A stretch of DNA of 64,000 nucleotides from the NCBI GenBank assembly GCA_021166845.1, contig JAJPEP010000053.1:28483-92482 (forward strand), read 5' to 3'. Positions within the stretch are counted from its first letter, which is position 1, and each line of letters opens with the position of its first letter. A program made the position numbers and the translations under genes. Positions 23,751 to 34,236 of this stretch are shown here, piece after piece. The notes beneath the pieces were generated by a model. The model ran no database searches, was not told the origin of the DNA, and saw only the letters and a program-made list of their open reading frames with translations. The DNA is from Thiobacillus sp. Its GTDB lineage: Bacteria > Pseudomonadota > Gammaproteobacteria > Burkholderiales > Thiobacillaceae.

Positions 23751-25151
23751 ATGAATCCACTCTCCCTGCTTCCCTCTGTCGACCGCCTGCTTTCAGACCC
23801 AGCAGTCGCCGGCCTGATCGACATCCACGGCCGCGCGGTCATCACACAACTCGTCCGCACGGCCCTCGCCGACGCGCGCGAGGCGGCACACGCCGGCACG
23901 CCTCTCCCCGACACTGCGGGCCTGATCGCAACCGTCGACGCCGCCGTAACAGCACAGGCGACCCCGAAACTCCGGCCAGTCTTCAACCTCACCGGCACGG
24001 TGCTGCATACCAACCTCGGCCGCGCGCCCTTGCCCGAAGAAGCCATCGCGGCGATGACCGCGGCCGCCCGCAGCCCCTGCGCCCTCGAATACGACATCGA
24101 GACCGGCGAACGCGGCGACCGCGACGACATCGTCAGCGAGCTGCTGTGCGAGCTCACCGGCGCCGAAGCCGCCACCGTCGTCAACAACAATGCCGCCGCC
24201 GTCTTCCTGCTGCTCAACACGCTGGCGCTGAGGAAGGAAGTGATCGTCTCGCGCGGCGAACTGATCGAGATCGGCGGCGCCTTCCGCGTGCCCGACATCA
24301 TGAAGCGCGCCGGCGCGAAACTCGTCGAAGTCGGCACCACCAACCGCACCCACCTGAAGGATTTCGACGAAGCCATCACCCCGCGCACGGCCATGCTGAT
24401 GAAGATCCACGCCAGCAACTACGCGATCCAGGGCTTCACCCATGCCGTGCCCGAGAGCGAACTGGCCCAGCTGGCGCATGCGCAGGGCCTGCCCTTCGTC
24501 GTCGATCTCGGTTCCGGCACTCTCACCGACCTCGAACGCTGGGGCCTGCCGCACGAACCGACGCCGCGCGAGAACATCGCCGCCGGCGCCGACCTGGTGA
24601 CCTTCTCCGGCGACAAGCTGCTCGGCGGTCCGCAGGCCGGCCTGCTGGTCGGCAGCAAGGAACTGATCAGCAAGATCAAGAAGAATCCGCTCAAGCGCGC
24701 GCTGCGCGTCGGCAAGCTCACGCTCGCTGCGCTCGAGGCCGTGCTGCGCCTCTACCGCGACCCTGACCGGCTGAATGAACGCCTGACCGCGCTGCAGCAA
24801 CTGACGCGCCCCGAAGCACAGATCCGGGCGGCTGCGGAGAGGCTGCTGCCTGCCCTGCAATCTGCGCTGGGAACGCTGCCCGTGAACGTCGAGATCGTCC
24901 CGCTCAAGTCGCAGATCGGCTCCGGTTCGCTGCCGGTCGATCGCCTGCCGTCGGCCGGCTTCGCTATCCGTCCGCAGGGCAAGAAAAGCGGCGTGCTCCA
25001 TCGCATCGAGGCCGCGCTGCGCGGCCTGCCCCGCCCGGTCATCGGCCGCATCGAGGAGGGCGCCCTGCTGCTCGATCTGCGCTGTTTGTCCGTGCACGAG
25101 GAAACCGAATTCGCTGCCCAGCTTTCGACCCTGAGTCGACCAGGCGCGTAA
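23751..25151 (+). CDS. selA: L-seryl-tRNA(Sec) selenium transferase
   Basis: [36 protein letters not shown]. Confidence 0.97.
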   Translation: MNPLSLLPSVDRLLSDPAVAGLIDIHGRAVITQLVRTALADAREAAHAGTPLPDTAGLIATVDAAVTAQATPKLRPVFNLTGTVLHTNLGRAPLPEEAIAAMTAAARSPCALEYDIETGERGDRDDIVSELLCELTGAEAATVVNNNAAAVFLLLNTLALRKEVIVSRGELIEIGGAFRVPDIMKRAGAKLVEVGTTNRTHLKDFDEAITPRTAMLMKIHASNYAIQGFTHAVPESELAQLAHAQGLPFVVDLGSGTLTDLERWGLPHEPTPRENIAAGADLVTFSGDKLLGGPQAGLLVGSKELISKIKKNPLKRALRVGKLTLAALEAVLRLYRDPDRLNERLTALQQLTRPEAQIRAAAERLLPALQSALGTLPVNVEIVPLKSQIGSGSLPVDRLPSAGFAIRPQGKKSGVLHRIEAALRGLPRPVIGRIEEGALLLDLRCLSVHEETEFAAQLSTLSRPGA

Positions 25152-25225
25152 AGCCGCCTCTCCGGAGGCATGTAAGCCACGGTGGCTTCCGCACCGCGGC
25201 AGTTATTGAAATGGAGGAATACCCG

Positions 25226-26323
25226 ATGGACCGTCGTACTTTCATGAAAACAAGCGCGCTAACCGCCGCAGGCCTCGGCCTCGGCCGCTTCGCCGTCGCC
25301 GCCGAAAACAATCCCTTCGCACCCAGCCCAGCCCACGGATGGCGGGTGTTCGAGGTCACCACCCGCGTCGAGCCCGCCGTCAACGGCGCGACGCAAGTCT
25401 GGCTGCCACTGCCCTCGGTGGAGGACGCCGCCTGGATCAAGCCCATGGGCAACTTCTGGCAGGGCAACGCCGACAGCGTGCAGGATGTGCGCGACCCGGT
25501 CTATGGCGCCCGCATGCTCGCCGCCCGCTGGGACGCAGGCGAGACCGCGCCCGTGCTCGAAGTCGTGAGCCGCTTCACCACGCGCGACCGCGCCATCGAC
25601 CTGAGCCGCCCCGGCAAGGTCGCCCCGCTCGACAAGAACGCACGCAGACTCTTCACCCAAGCCACCACACTTTTGCCCACCGACGGAATCGTCAGGAGAA
25701 CCGCGCTGGAAATCACCAAGGACGCGAAAACCGACCTCGACAAGGCGAGGGCGATCTATGAATGGATCGTCGACAACACGCAACGCAATCCAGAAACCAG
25801 GGGATGCGGCCTCGGCGACATCCGCTTCATGCTCGAAACCGGCGACCTCACCGGCAAGTGCGCCGACCTCAACGCGCTCTACGTCGGCCTTGCCCGCGCC
25901 TCCGGCTTGCCTGCACGCGACGTTTATGGGGTGCGCGTTGCAGATTCGAAGTTCGGCTACAAGAGCCTCGGCAAGAGCGGCGACATCACCAAGGCGCAGC
26001 ATTGCCGCGCCGAAGTATGGCTGGCCAACTTCGGCTGGGTACCTGTCGACCCAGCCGACGTGCGCAAGGTGGTGCTGGAGGAGAAACCGGGACTCACGCT
26101 GCAGGACGAGATCGTGGTCGCCGCGCGCAAGAAGCTCTTCGGCGCCTGGGAAATGAACTGGCTGGCCTACAATTTCGCCCACGACCTCGAACTGCCGGGT
26201 TCCAGCGGCGCGCCGATTCCCTTCCTCATGTATCCGCAGGGTGAAAACGCGGCTGGGCGTTTCGACAGCCTCGACGCGGCCACCTTCGTCTACAAGCTGA
26301 GCGCGAAGGAGGTCACGGTTTGA
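25226..26323 (+). CDS. Tat-exported transglutaminase-like (Cys-His-Asp) protein
   Basis: MDRRTFMK Tat motif after GGAGGA; [21 protein letters not shown]. Confidence 0.88.
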   Translation: MDRRTFMKTSALTAAGLGLGRFAVAAENNPFAPSPAHGWRVFEVTTRVEPAVNGATQVWLPLPSVEDAAWIKPMGNFWQGNADSVQDVRDPVYGARMLAARWDAGETAPVLEVVSRFTTRDRAIDLSRPGKVAPLDKNARRLFTQATTLLPTDGIVRRTALEITKDAKTDLDKARAIYEWIVDNTQRNPETRGCGLGDIRFMLETGDLTGKCADLNALYVGLARASGLPARDVYGVRVADSKFGYKSLGKSGDITKAQHCRAEVWLANFGWVPVDPADVRKVVLEEKPGLTLQDEIVVAARKKLFGAWEMNWLAYNFAHDLELPGSSGAPIPFLMYPQGENAAGRFDSLDAATFVYKLSAKEVTV

Positions 26324-26327
26324 TCCC

Positions 26328-28256
26328 ATGCTGATCGGCACCGCAGGCCACATCGACCACGGCAAGACCACGCTGGTGAAGGCGCTCACCGGCGTGGATG
26401 CCGATCGGCTGCCCGAGGAAAAGTCCCGCGGCATCACCCTCGACCTCGGCTACGCCTACACCCCCCTTTCCGATGGCTCGGTGCTCGGCTTCGTCGACGT
26501 GCCGGGGCACGAAAAACTGATCCACAACATGCTCGCCGGCGTGACCGGCATCGACTTCGTCCTGCTGGTGATCGCCGCCGACGACGGGCCGATGCCGCAG
26601 ACGCGCGAACATCTCGAACTGCTCGACCTGCTGGGCCTGACGCGCGGGGCGATTGCGCTGACCAAGATCGATGCCGTCCCGCTGCAGCGGCTCGACGAGG
26701 CCCGGCAGGAAGTCGAAGCGCTCATCGCCGGCACAGGGCTCTCCGGCAGCCCGGTTTTCCCCTTGTCGGGCCGCACGGGGGAAGGCGTCGCCGCGCTGCG
26801 CGCACACCTGGAGGCTGCGGCCGCCGCGATGCATCAGCGCTCGGCGGTGGGCCGCTTCCGGCTCGCTATCGACCGCTGCTTCTCGCTCACCGGCATCGGC
26901 ACGATCGTCACTGGCACGGCGCATGCGGGAAAAATCGGCGTCGGCGACTCGGCCGTCGTTTCGCCCCCCGGCCTGAAATCCCGGGTGCGCGGTCTGCACG
27001 TGCAGGACCGACCCGCCGAGAGCGGCCAGGCCGGCGAACGCATCGCACTGGCCCTGGCGGGCGATTTCGAGAAGAAGGATATTGCGCGTGGCATGTGGGT
27101 TTTGGATCCAGTACTCGCCATTCCGCTCACCCGCTTTCACGGCGAATTGCGCGTCCCCGCCGGCCAGAAGCCCTTGACGCATCTGCAGGTCGTGCACGTG
27201 CACCTCGGCACCGAGGACATCCTCGGGCGGGTCGCCCTGCTCGACTGCCAGGAAGTTGACGCCGGCAGCACCGCACTGGTCGAGATCCTGCTCGAACGCG
27301 AAACGCTGGCGCTGCGCGGCGACCGCTTCATCCTGCGCGATGCCGGCGCGCAGCGCACCGTCGCCGGCGGCCGCGTGCTCGACATTTTTCCGCCCGTCCG
27401 GCACAAGCGTTCGCCGCAGCGGCTCGCCCTGCTCGACGCGATGCACCGCGACGATCCGGCCGTCACCCTCGGCCTGCTGGCCGAGCAGGCACCGGCCGGC
27501 ATCGACCTCGACCGCTTTGCAGTGAGCTGGAACCTCAGCGAGGCCGACACGGAATCGCTGTGGCAGTGCGCCGGCCTCCGAGTGATTCGCGATGGCAACG
27601 TATCGCTCGGTTTCACGGCTGCGGCCTGGACGACACTCGAAGCCAAACTGCTCGACGCCCTCGGCCGCGAACACGAGCGCGCCCCGGACATGATCGGCGT
27701 CGAACGCGAACGCCTGCGCCGCATGACCGCCGCCCACCTGCCGCGTCCCGCTTTCGATGCACTCGCCAATGAGTTGCTGGCGTCAAAACGCATCGCACAG
27801 ACGCGCGCCTGGCTGCACCTGCCGGCGCACCGTGCCAGCGTCACCGCCGCCGACCGCGAGCTGTTCGCGGTGCTGAAGCCGCTGCTCGATGCCGCACCCT
27901 ATAACCCGCCACGGGTCCGTGATGTCTTCAAGGCAACCGGCACGCCGGAAGAAACCGTGCGCCAGCTGTTCAAGCGCATCGCCCGCGCAGGCGAACTCTA
28001 CCCCGTCGCCCACGATCACTACTACACCGCCGCCGCCGTCGCCGAGCTCGCTGAAATTGTCCGCAAGCTCAACGCGGAGCACGGTGCGGCTCGCGTTGCC
28101 GGGTTGCGCGACATTATCGTTGATGACGGCGGCGGCGGCCGCAAGGTGGCGATACAGATCCTCGAATTCTTCGATCGCATCGGCTACACTCGCCGCGTCC
28201 GCGACGACCACGTGCTGCGTCGTGAAGGTGCAATGCCTGACTGGACGCCGTCATGA
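26328..28256 (+). CDS. selB: Selenocysteine-specific elongation factor
   Basis: [26 protein letters not shown]-terminal winged helix [13 protein letters not shown]. Confidence 0.97.
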   Translation: MLIGTAGHIDHGKTTLVKALTGVDADRLPEEKSRGITLDLGYAYTPLSDGSVLGFVDVPGHEKLIHNMLAGVTGIDFVLLVIAADDGPMPQTREHLELLDLLGLTRGAIALTKIDAVPLQRLDEARQEVEALIAGTGLSGSPVFPLSGRTGEGVAALRAHLEAAAAAMHQRSAVGRFRLAIDRCFSLTGIGTIVTGTAHAGKIGVGDSAVVSPPGLKSRVRGLHVQDRPAESGQAGERIALALAGDFEKKDIARGMWVLDPVLAIPLTRFHGELRVPAGQKPLTHLQVVHVHLGTEDILGRVALLDCQEVDAGSTALVEILLERETLALRGDRFILRDAGAQRTVAGGRVLDIFPPVRHKRSPQRLALLDAMHRDDPAVTLGLLAEQAPAGIDLDRFAVSWNLSEADTESLWQCAGLRVIRDGNVSLGFTAAAWTTLEAKLLDALGREHERAPDMIGVERERLRRMTAAHLPRPAFDALANELLASKRIAQTRAWLHLPAHRASVTAADRELFAVLKPLLDAAPYNPPRVRDVFKATGTPEETVRQLFKRIARAGELYPVAHDHYYTAAAVAELAEIVRKLNAEHGAARVAGLRDIIVDDGGGGRKVAIQILEFFDRIGYTRRVRDDHVLRREGAMPDWTPS

Positions 28257-28261
28257 ACCCT

Positions 28262-28357
28262 GGAAGAGATCGTTCCCCGGTGGGGCGCCCGGTCTTCAAA
28301 ACCGGGAGGGGCCGCCACGCGGTCCCTGGTAGGTTCGACTCCTGCTCTCTTCCGCCA
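28262..28357 (+). tRNA. selC: tRNA-Sec (anticodon UCA)
   Basis: 96 nt, GGAAGAGA.../...TCTCTTCCGCCA, anticodon loop CTTCAAA (TCA at 28296-28298), long variable arm, GTTCGACTC T-loop. Confidence 0.97.
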
Positions 28358-28812
28358 ATTTTCCAGTCGCGAAAGCCGCTTTTCGCAGCGCCATCCCGGA
28401 CAATCTGCACTACGATGGCGGCGCGACATGCGGACGTGGCACGATGACGTGAATGGCGTTATCGCTACAAGCGTCTTTCAAGCGATCTTGTCAAGCGTAG
28501 CCTCGATCACGACGGGACAACGCTCGTTTATCCATTTTCCTCGGTCGTTTTGGCTGATGATGACCGGACGCTTGAGTACCAGAGCCTGAACGTTCGTTCC
28601 AGGGCGAATCGAGAAGTTGGTGGCCGGCATCCAGCATTATCTGCTTGGGCATCTGCTATCAGGAAAGACGCACGTCCGGACCCGGAGGAGACTGTCGTGA
28701 GGTAGGTTGAAAGCATCCGCTTGTTGGCCATTGCTGGCGTTCGACTGGCTGGCCGTTTCAGTCAGCAATGAATCAGTAAGCTGCCCTTCGAATGACTCAA
28801 TCCAAAGGGTGA

Positions 28813-29058
28813 TTATGTCTGGCGGGCTTCCGCGAAAGACTGGAGCCACCTTTCGAAATCCTCCACAGAGCGCTCGAACAAAAGCCGGTATTCCTTCTTC
28901 GAGGCATGGCTGTGGGGGCTGGCCAGCGCCTGCCTATAGATGGCGAGCGTCCTTTCCACCCATAAACGAGTCGCTTCCATGCCATCGCGCTCAAGCAGGA
29001 GATTGATTCTCCCGGTCTCCGAATCTGCGTTTCCCGCCACATTACCGGTAGGGTGCAT
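28813..29058 (-). CDS. Hypothetical protein (81 aa)
   Basis: Overlaps the nuoI stop region; amphipathic helical sequence. Confidence 0.6.
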   Translation of the reverse strand: MHPTGNVAGNADSETGRINLLLERDGMEATRLWVERTLAIYRQALASPHSHASKKEYRLLFERSVEDFERWLQSFAEARQT

Positions 29059-29530
29059 CGCTTTCCCGGTCTTTTGCGATCTGCGCCTCGAACCGCTCAC
29101 CCAGCTCAAGCAGTCTTGCCTTGTCGATAAGCGCGTCGCCGCGTTTCTCGAAATGAAACTCGAAGTGCCGCGTCAGCACGATGGCATCGGTGGGGCATGC
29201 CTCCTCGCAAAAACCGCAGTAGATGCACTTGAACAGATCGATGTCGTAGCGGGTGGTGCGCCGCGTGCCGTCCCCCCTTTCCTCGGAATCGATATAGATG
29301 CACACCGCCGGGCAAACGGCCTCGCACAGCTTGCAGGCAATGCAGCGTTCCTCGCCGTTCGGATAGCGGCGCAAGGCATGCAGGCCCCTGAAGCGGGGGG
29401 ACTGGGGCGTTCTTTCTTCGGGATACTGAACGGTGACTTTCCTGGCGAACAGGGCTTTCCCGGTCACCATCATCCCGGCCAGCAGTTCCTGCAGCAAAAA
29501 GCTCTTGAGGAAATCCAATACGCTTCGCAT
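29042..29530 (-). CDS. nuoI: NADH-quinone oxidoreductase subunit I (stand-alone copy)
   Basis: [31 protein letters not shown] and [13 protein letters not shown]. Confidence 0.93.
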   Translation of the reverse strand: MRSVLDFLKSFLLQELLAGMMVTGKALFARKVTVQYPEERTPQSPRFRGLHALRRYPNGEERCIACKLCEAVCPAVCIYIDSEERGDGTRRTTRYDIDLFKCIYCGFCEEACPTDAIVLTRHFEFHFEKRGDALIDKARLLELGERFEAQIAKDRESDAPYR

Positions 29531-29647
29531 AAGCCATCCAGCGATGTCTGGCGGCAGCGCCAAGCAGGACACGAAACAGGATTGCAGGAAACCGTTTCTG
29601 CCAGTGGGCCTGTTGGCCGGTGGCCGAGCGGTTCGCGCAGAACTGCG

Positions 29648-29953
29648 TCAGTCGGCCGCCAGAGAATGGATGATTTCCTTGAAATTCTTCCACTCGGTGG
29701 CCGCCCAGATTTCGGAATGGGCATGGCCATAGCTGCGGATTAGCGCCGACACCTTGTTGGCGGTTTCGATATCGGACGCATTGAAAATATCAAGGTAATC
29801 GTAGGGGCCCAACAAAGCATAGTTGTGAACCCATTCGACTTGCGGGCATTCGGAGCGTACATGCTCCATCGCACTGCGCTCCAGATTTTCCAGGGTTTTC
29901 GGAGAATGCAGCGCTTCGGGCGCAACGCGGGTCAGCATAACGAAGGTAGACAT
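29648..29953 (-). CDS. GYD domain protein
   Basis: MSTFVMLTR...[13 protein letters not shown], about 100 aa. Confidence 0.85.
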   Translation of the reverse strand: MSTFVMLTRVAPEALHSPKTLENLERSAMEHVRSECPQVEWVHNYALLGPYDYLDIFNASDIETANKVSALIRSYGHAHSEIWAATEWKNFKEIIHSLAAD

Positions 29954-30134
29954 GGGGAAATCCTCTCTTACAGGCAGGCGGGCAACAATTATCCAGACGC
30001 ACCAAAACTCCAATATAGAAAAAAATATCGGGAATAAATTTCTTTCTGCAATGCGATGCGGACCCGAGAGAAGCCGGCAATTCCTACCGGAGGCAAGCTT
30101 GTTCGCCCACGAGTCGTTTGATTAAAGGGGGCCA

Positions 30135-30314
30135 TCACGTTCGCGACCGGCCAGGTTCAACCTAGCGATCGACAGCAAGTTACGTGGCTGCGATCTGGTG
30201 AATCTGCACGTTCGGGACGTGACGCACGGCAGCCAGGTATCGCCCCGTGCGATGGTCGTGCAGCGAAAGGCCCAACGCCTGGTGCAGTTCGAATTGACCG
30301 AGCCGACCAGATAG
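30135..30314 (+). pseudogene. Tyrosine recombinase/integrase fragment
   Basis: FNLAIDSKLRGCDLVNLHVRDV...VQRK..RLVQFELTEPTR-stop, containing the catalytic Arg box I. Confidence 0.85.
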
Positions 30315-30355
30315 TCAAAACTCATTCTGGAGTGTCTGCGCTGCAATCGCTTCCC

Positions 30356-31132
30356 TCATGTGTCCACGAATGCCCGTTCGATGACATAATCGCCCGGTTC
30401 GCCGATGCGAGGCGATATCTTGAATCCGTGGCGATCCAGCAGCGCCATGGTGTTTTTGAGCATTTTCGGGCTCCCGCAGACCATCACGCGGTCGTGCTCC
30501 GGGTTGAGGGGAGACAGGCCGATGTCGGCAAATAACTTCCCGTTCTCGATAAGGTCGGTCACCCGCCCTTGATTGCGGAAAGGCTCGCGGGTAACAGTGG
30601 GGTAATAGATGAGTTTCTCTCGCACCTGCTTGCCGAATGACTCATTCTGCGGCAGCTCCTTGGTAATAAAGTCGGCGTAGGCCAAGTCATTCACCTGACG
30701 CACGCCGTGAGCGAGCACGATCTTGTCGAAGCGTGCGTAGGTCTGCGTATCTTGAATCAGGCTCATGAATGGGGCCAGCCCAGTACCCGTGGCAAGGAGA
30801 TAGAGATGCCTGCCTGGTAGCAAATCACGTAGCACCAGCGTACCGGTGGGTTTGCGGCTGACCAGCACCTCGTCACCCGCCTGCAGGTGTTGCAGGCGCG
30901 AGGTGAGCGCACCATTGGGTACCTTGACGCTGAAGAATTCAAGATGATCTTGGTAATTCGGGCTAACCATACTGTATGCACGGAGCAGCGGGTGGCCGTC
31001 CACCTGCAGACCGACCATCACGAACTGGCCGTTTTCAAAGCGCAGGCCGGGATCGCGGGTCGTTCTGAAGCTGAACAGACCGTCGTTCCAGTGGTGCACG
31101 GCCAAGACGCGTTCGGTTGTCAGTGGGCTCAT
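30356..31132 (-). CDS. fpr: Ferredoxin-NADP+ reductase (bacterial subclass I)
   Basis: RAYSMVS, TGTGLAPF, CGSP, C-terminal ERAFV. Confidence 0.94.
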   Translation of the reverse strand: MSPLTTERVLAVHHWNDGLFSFRTTRDPGLRFENGQFVMVGLQVDGHPLLRAYSMVSPNYQDHLEFFSVKVPNGALTSRLQHLQAGDEVLVSRKPTGTLVLRDLLPGRHLYLLATGTGLAPFMSLIQDTQTYARFDKIVLAHGVRQVNDLAYADFITKELPQNESFGKQVREKLIYYPTVTREPFRNQGRVTDLIENGKLFADIGLSPLNPEHDRVMVCGSPKMLKNTMALLDRHGFKISPRIGEPGDYVIERAFVDT

Positions 31133-31732
31133 AGGTTCTGTTGAATCGCTAGCGTTGGGTAGAAACTTCAGGCTGACTCACGAGAGCGCTGCCGTCAGGT
31201 TTCGTTACGGTTTGCGCGGGCAAAAAGCGACTCCTTATAAGCATCCAATGTGCGGCGGCGCTTTAGCAGGGTGGAACATCGGGGTCTCGCATTACCACAT
31301 CACCTATCTGGTTCTGATTCAAAACAAATTGGAGGCACGTCTATAACCGTAGCATTCAAACAGCTTGTTAGTTTCGTTTGACCGCTTTCGATTACTGAAC
31401 GAACTGGCGATGAGTAAGCCATGATCGACCACTCAGGGTCACCGGCAGCTCCGGCCGAGGACGCGACGGTCAATGTTCCAAACATGACAGGCAGGTCGTC
31501 GGCCAAAGGCGACACCGGCCTTACGATTGCCTGCGTCCGGTGTGCGCTCAAGACCGGTAGTTGGGGTCTGCTTTCAAGACCCCGCGCAATGCTGGACGGC
31601 TTCCGCTGGTAGTTTTCCAGTCTTCTCGCCAGAGAGTGTGATCTTAGTACCAGTTCTCGGAAGACCAGAGGGGGCAATGCGCTGATTTACGATTAGTTCT
31701 TGTGGGCTGCTGCCGGTTTCGTGGACACGCCT

Positions 31733-32590
31733 TTAAGCTTTTGAAGCTTCCTCGAACTGTACCGGACTGACGTATCCGAGTGTTGAATGCCGACGCGTCG
31801 GGTTGTAGAAACGCTCGATGTAGTCGAACACATCGGCACGGGCCTGCTCCCGGGTGCGGTAGGTCTTGCGGCTGATTCGCTCTGTCTTCATTGAACTGAA
31901 GAAGCTCTCCATCGCCGAGTTGTCCCACACCTCACCGGCACGGCTCATCGAGCAGGTAATGCCGTTCTCCCTGAGCAAGCCCTGGAAGTGCTCGCTGGTG
32001 TACTGGCTGCCCTGGTCCGAGTGATGCAGAAGCTCCACTGGCTTGCCGCGGCGCCAGACGGCCATCATCAAGGCATCGGCCACCAGTTGCGAGGTCATGC
32101 TCTCCTGCATCGACCAGCCGACGATGCGCCGCGCGTACAAGTCCAGCACCGCCGCGACATACAGCCAGCCCTCGGCCGTCCAGATGTAAGTGAAATCGGC
32201 CAGCCACTTCTGGTTGGGGGCTTCCGCCTGAAACTGGCGGTCCAGCACATTGTCAGCGATGACGCTGCGCGAGCCCTTGTCCTGCGGCAACCCGCGCCGT
32301 CGCGGTCTGGCCCGCAAGGCCTGTTCGCGCATGAGCCACTCGATGCGGTGCAAGCCACACTGCGCCCCCAGCGCCAGCACATCGTGCCAGACACGCCGGG
32401 CACCGTAGGTGCGATCGCTGCCAATGAAGCTCTGGCGCACCTGCGCACCCAGTACCTCATTGTTCCGACGTCGCCGGCTCGGCGGGCGCACCAACCAGGC
32501 GTAGAAGCCACTACGTGAGACACCGAGCGCCTCAGACATGATTGCTACCGGCCAGATTCCTCGGTGTTTCGCCATGAAACCGAATTTCAC
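31733..32590 (-). CDS. IS3 transposase OrfB (DDE)
   Basis: WLADFTY, HSDQGSQY, DNSAMESFF. Confidence 0.93.
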   Translation of the reverse strand: MKFGFMAKHRGIWPVAIMSEALGVSRSGFYAWLVRPPSRRRRNNEVLGAQVRQSFIGSDRTYGARRVWHDVLALGAQCGLHRIEWLMREQALRARPRRRGLPQDKGSRSVIADNVLDRQFQAEAPNQKWLADFTYIWTAEGWLYVAAVLDLYARRIVGWSMQESMTSQLVADALMMAVWRRGKPVELLHHSDQGSQYTSEHFQGLLRENGITCSMSRAGEVWDNSAMESFFSSMKTERISRKTYRTREQARADVFDYIERFYNPTRRHSTLGYVSPVQFEEASKA

Positions 32591-32880
32591 ATCGATTCCT
32601 TCGCGAAGTAGGCCGCGGCTTTTTTCAGGATGTCTCGCTCCATCCTGAGCTTCGCGTTTTCTTTCTTGAGCCGGGCGATCTCGGCCAGCTCGGGCTTCAT
32701 CTGCCCGTTGCCCGGGAAGGCCTGTTGCGGGTCTTTACGCTGTTCGCGCACCCACTTGCGCAACACGTTTTCGTGAACGTCCAGATCCCGTGCCACCTGA
32801 CTCGCGGCTACGCCGCGCTCGGTGACCAGCTTGACCGCTTCAATCTTGAATTCCCGGCTGAACTGCCGTCTTGTAACCAT
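32587..32880 (-). CDS. IS3 transposase OrfA (HTH)
   Basis: RRQFSREFKIEAV...ERDILKKAAAYF. Confidence 0.93.
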   Translation of the reverse strand: MVTRRQFSREFKIEAVKLVTERGVAASQVARDLDVHENVLRKWVREQRKDPQQAFPGNGQMKPELAEIARLKKENAKLRMERDILKKAAAYFAKESM

Positions 32881-33046
32881 GAACCACCTCCGATTTCACA
32901 CCTTAACAAAGTGTCTTTGAAATCGGCAGCAGCCCATTGCGCCTTGCCCATAGAAAACGTACGACACACAAGCGAACCACAGAATCCGGAAGGTCTTGCT
33001 GATGTAAAACATGGCCGCGCGACCGGTCAGGTTCGAGCCGTCGGAT

Positions 33047-33208
33047 TTACGGCTTCTTGGGCGTGGTGTATTTGACTTCTTTATGGAACGGTTCCCAGAT
33101 GGTCTCGTATCCAACGTAACCCTTCTCGTTCGGCGCTTTTTGCCGGGTGGTCACAAAGCGGGACTTGCCTTCGGGGACCGGGCGCTTGATTTTGGTGGGT
33201 TCGCTCAT
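33047..33208 (-). CDS. Small protein (53 aa) at the end of the apr gene run; not in the ORF track
   Basis: GAGAGG RBS; MSEPTKIKRPVPEGKSRFVTTRQKAPNEKGYVGYETIWEPFHKEVKYTTPKKP-TAA; 40 bp after the FKBP gene. Confidence 0.7.
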   Translation of the reverse strand: MSEPTKIKRPVPEGKSRFVTTRQKAPNEKGYVGYETIWEPFHKEVKYTTPKKP

Positions 33209-33248
33209 GCTGACCTCTCGATGGTAAATGGGGGCTGGAAACGGGCGG

Positions 33249-33758
33249 TCAAACCGGAACGGCGCGACAGTTCTTCAACTCAGGCGCCGCTTCAACCTTG
33301 CCGCCGTAGCGGATTTCCTCGTCGGTGGCGTCACGCACCATCAGGATCTCGAGCTTGAATATGACTTCCCGGCCGCACAGCGGATTGTTGCCGTCGATCG
33401 TCACCGTTCGGGCGTCCACCCGCGTCACGAGGAAACTCCTGGTTTGGCCGTTGTCGTTTTCCATCAGGATGGCCGTGCCGACTTCACGGTAGGCCTCTGG
33501 GACGTTCGCGATGGCTTCGACGATCACCAGGGCTTCATCGCGGGGGCCATAGATGTCGTTGCAGTCGATGTGGACCTCGATGATGTCGCCCTCGGATTTG
33601 CCTTCGAGCGCGTCCATGACCCGGGGCGACAGGATCTCGTTGACGCCATGCACGTAGCCCAGCGGAAACTCGACCTGCGTGAGCACCTGGCGTGTTTTCC
33701 GGTCGATGACCTTGTAGGTCAGTTCGACATATTTGTTGGCTTCGACGATGGCTTTCAT
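33249..33758 (-). CDS. FKBP-type (SlyD/SlpA-like) peptidylprolyl isomerase
   Basis: PLGYVHG, ALEGK, YGPRDE, DGNNPLCG. Confidence 0.85.
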   Translation of the reverse strand: MKAIVEANKYVELTYKVIDRKTRQVLTQVEFPLGYVHGVNEILSPRVMDALEGKSEGDIIEVHIDCNDIYGPRDEALVIVEAIANVPEAYREVGTAILMENDNGQTRSFLVTRVDARTVTIDGNNPLCGREVIFKLEILMVRDATDEEIRYGGKVEAAPELKNCRAVPV

Positions 33759-33772
33759 GGGTACCCCGACGG

Positions 33773-34162
33773 TCAGAAAATGGAGGCGGCAAAAATGCGC
33801 ACCTCGCCCTGTTCATAGCCCAGCACCAGCCGGCCCAGCCATTCGCCTTCCTTCTTCGTGCTGCGGACCCGGTACAGCACGGTGACATGCTGCCCCCGCC
33901 GGATGATGCCCAGGTAATCCCAGTCTTCGCGCAGGCTACGGGTCAGTTCGCTGTTGGCGAACTGCTTGCCGACTTCGACTTCATTGAGGCCGAACAGCAG
34001 ATCGTAGGAGAACTTGCGGATGAATTTTCCGTACAGCCCCTTGTTGGAGTATTTGATCAGGTCGCGCCACATGGGGTGGGCGAACTCCAGGATCGCTTCG
34101 TCGCTGTGCTCGACGATGTTCATGGTGGTCTTGGGGGTGGCCTGAACGACAGAAGTGGTCAT
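33773..34162 (-). CDS. Hypothetical protein downstream of aprA
   Basis: AGGA RBS, start MTTSVVQ, co-oriented with aprA. Confidence 0.75.
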   Translation of the reverse strand: MTTSVVQATPKTTMNIVEHSDEAILEFAHPMWRDLIKYSNKGLYGKFIRKFSYDLLFGLNEVEVGKQFANSELTRSLREDWDYLGIIRRGQHVTVLYRVRSTKKEGEWLGRLVLGYEQGEVRIFAASIF

Positions 34163-34236
34163 GGGTAATTCCTGATGGGGTCGCTGAAAAACTACGCACG
34201 CAAGGTGCGGGTGCTCGGTGCGCCACCGGGCTGCGC

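Larger units (their letters stand above)
31703..32936 (-). mobile_element. IS3-family insertion sequence, 1234 bp, apparently intact
   Basis: Imperfect terminal IRs TGGGCTGCTGCCG(G/A)TTTC...GACAC, 3-bp TTG duplication (31700-31702 and 32937-32939), orfA/orfB with A6G frameshift motif near 32620. Confidence 0.95.
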
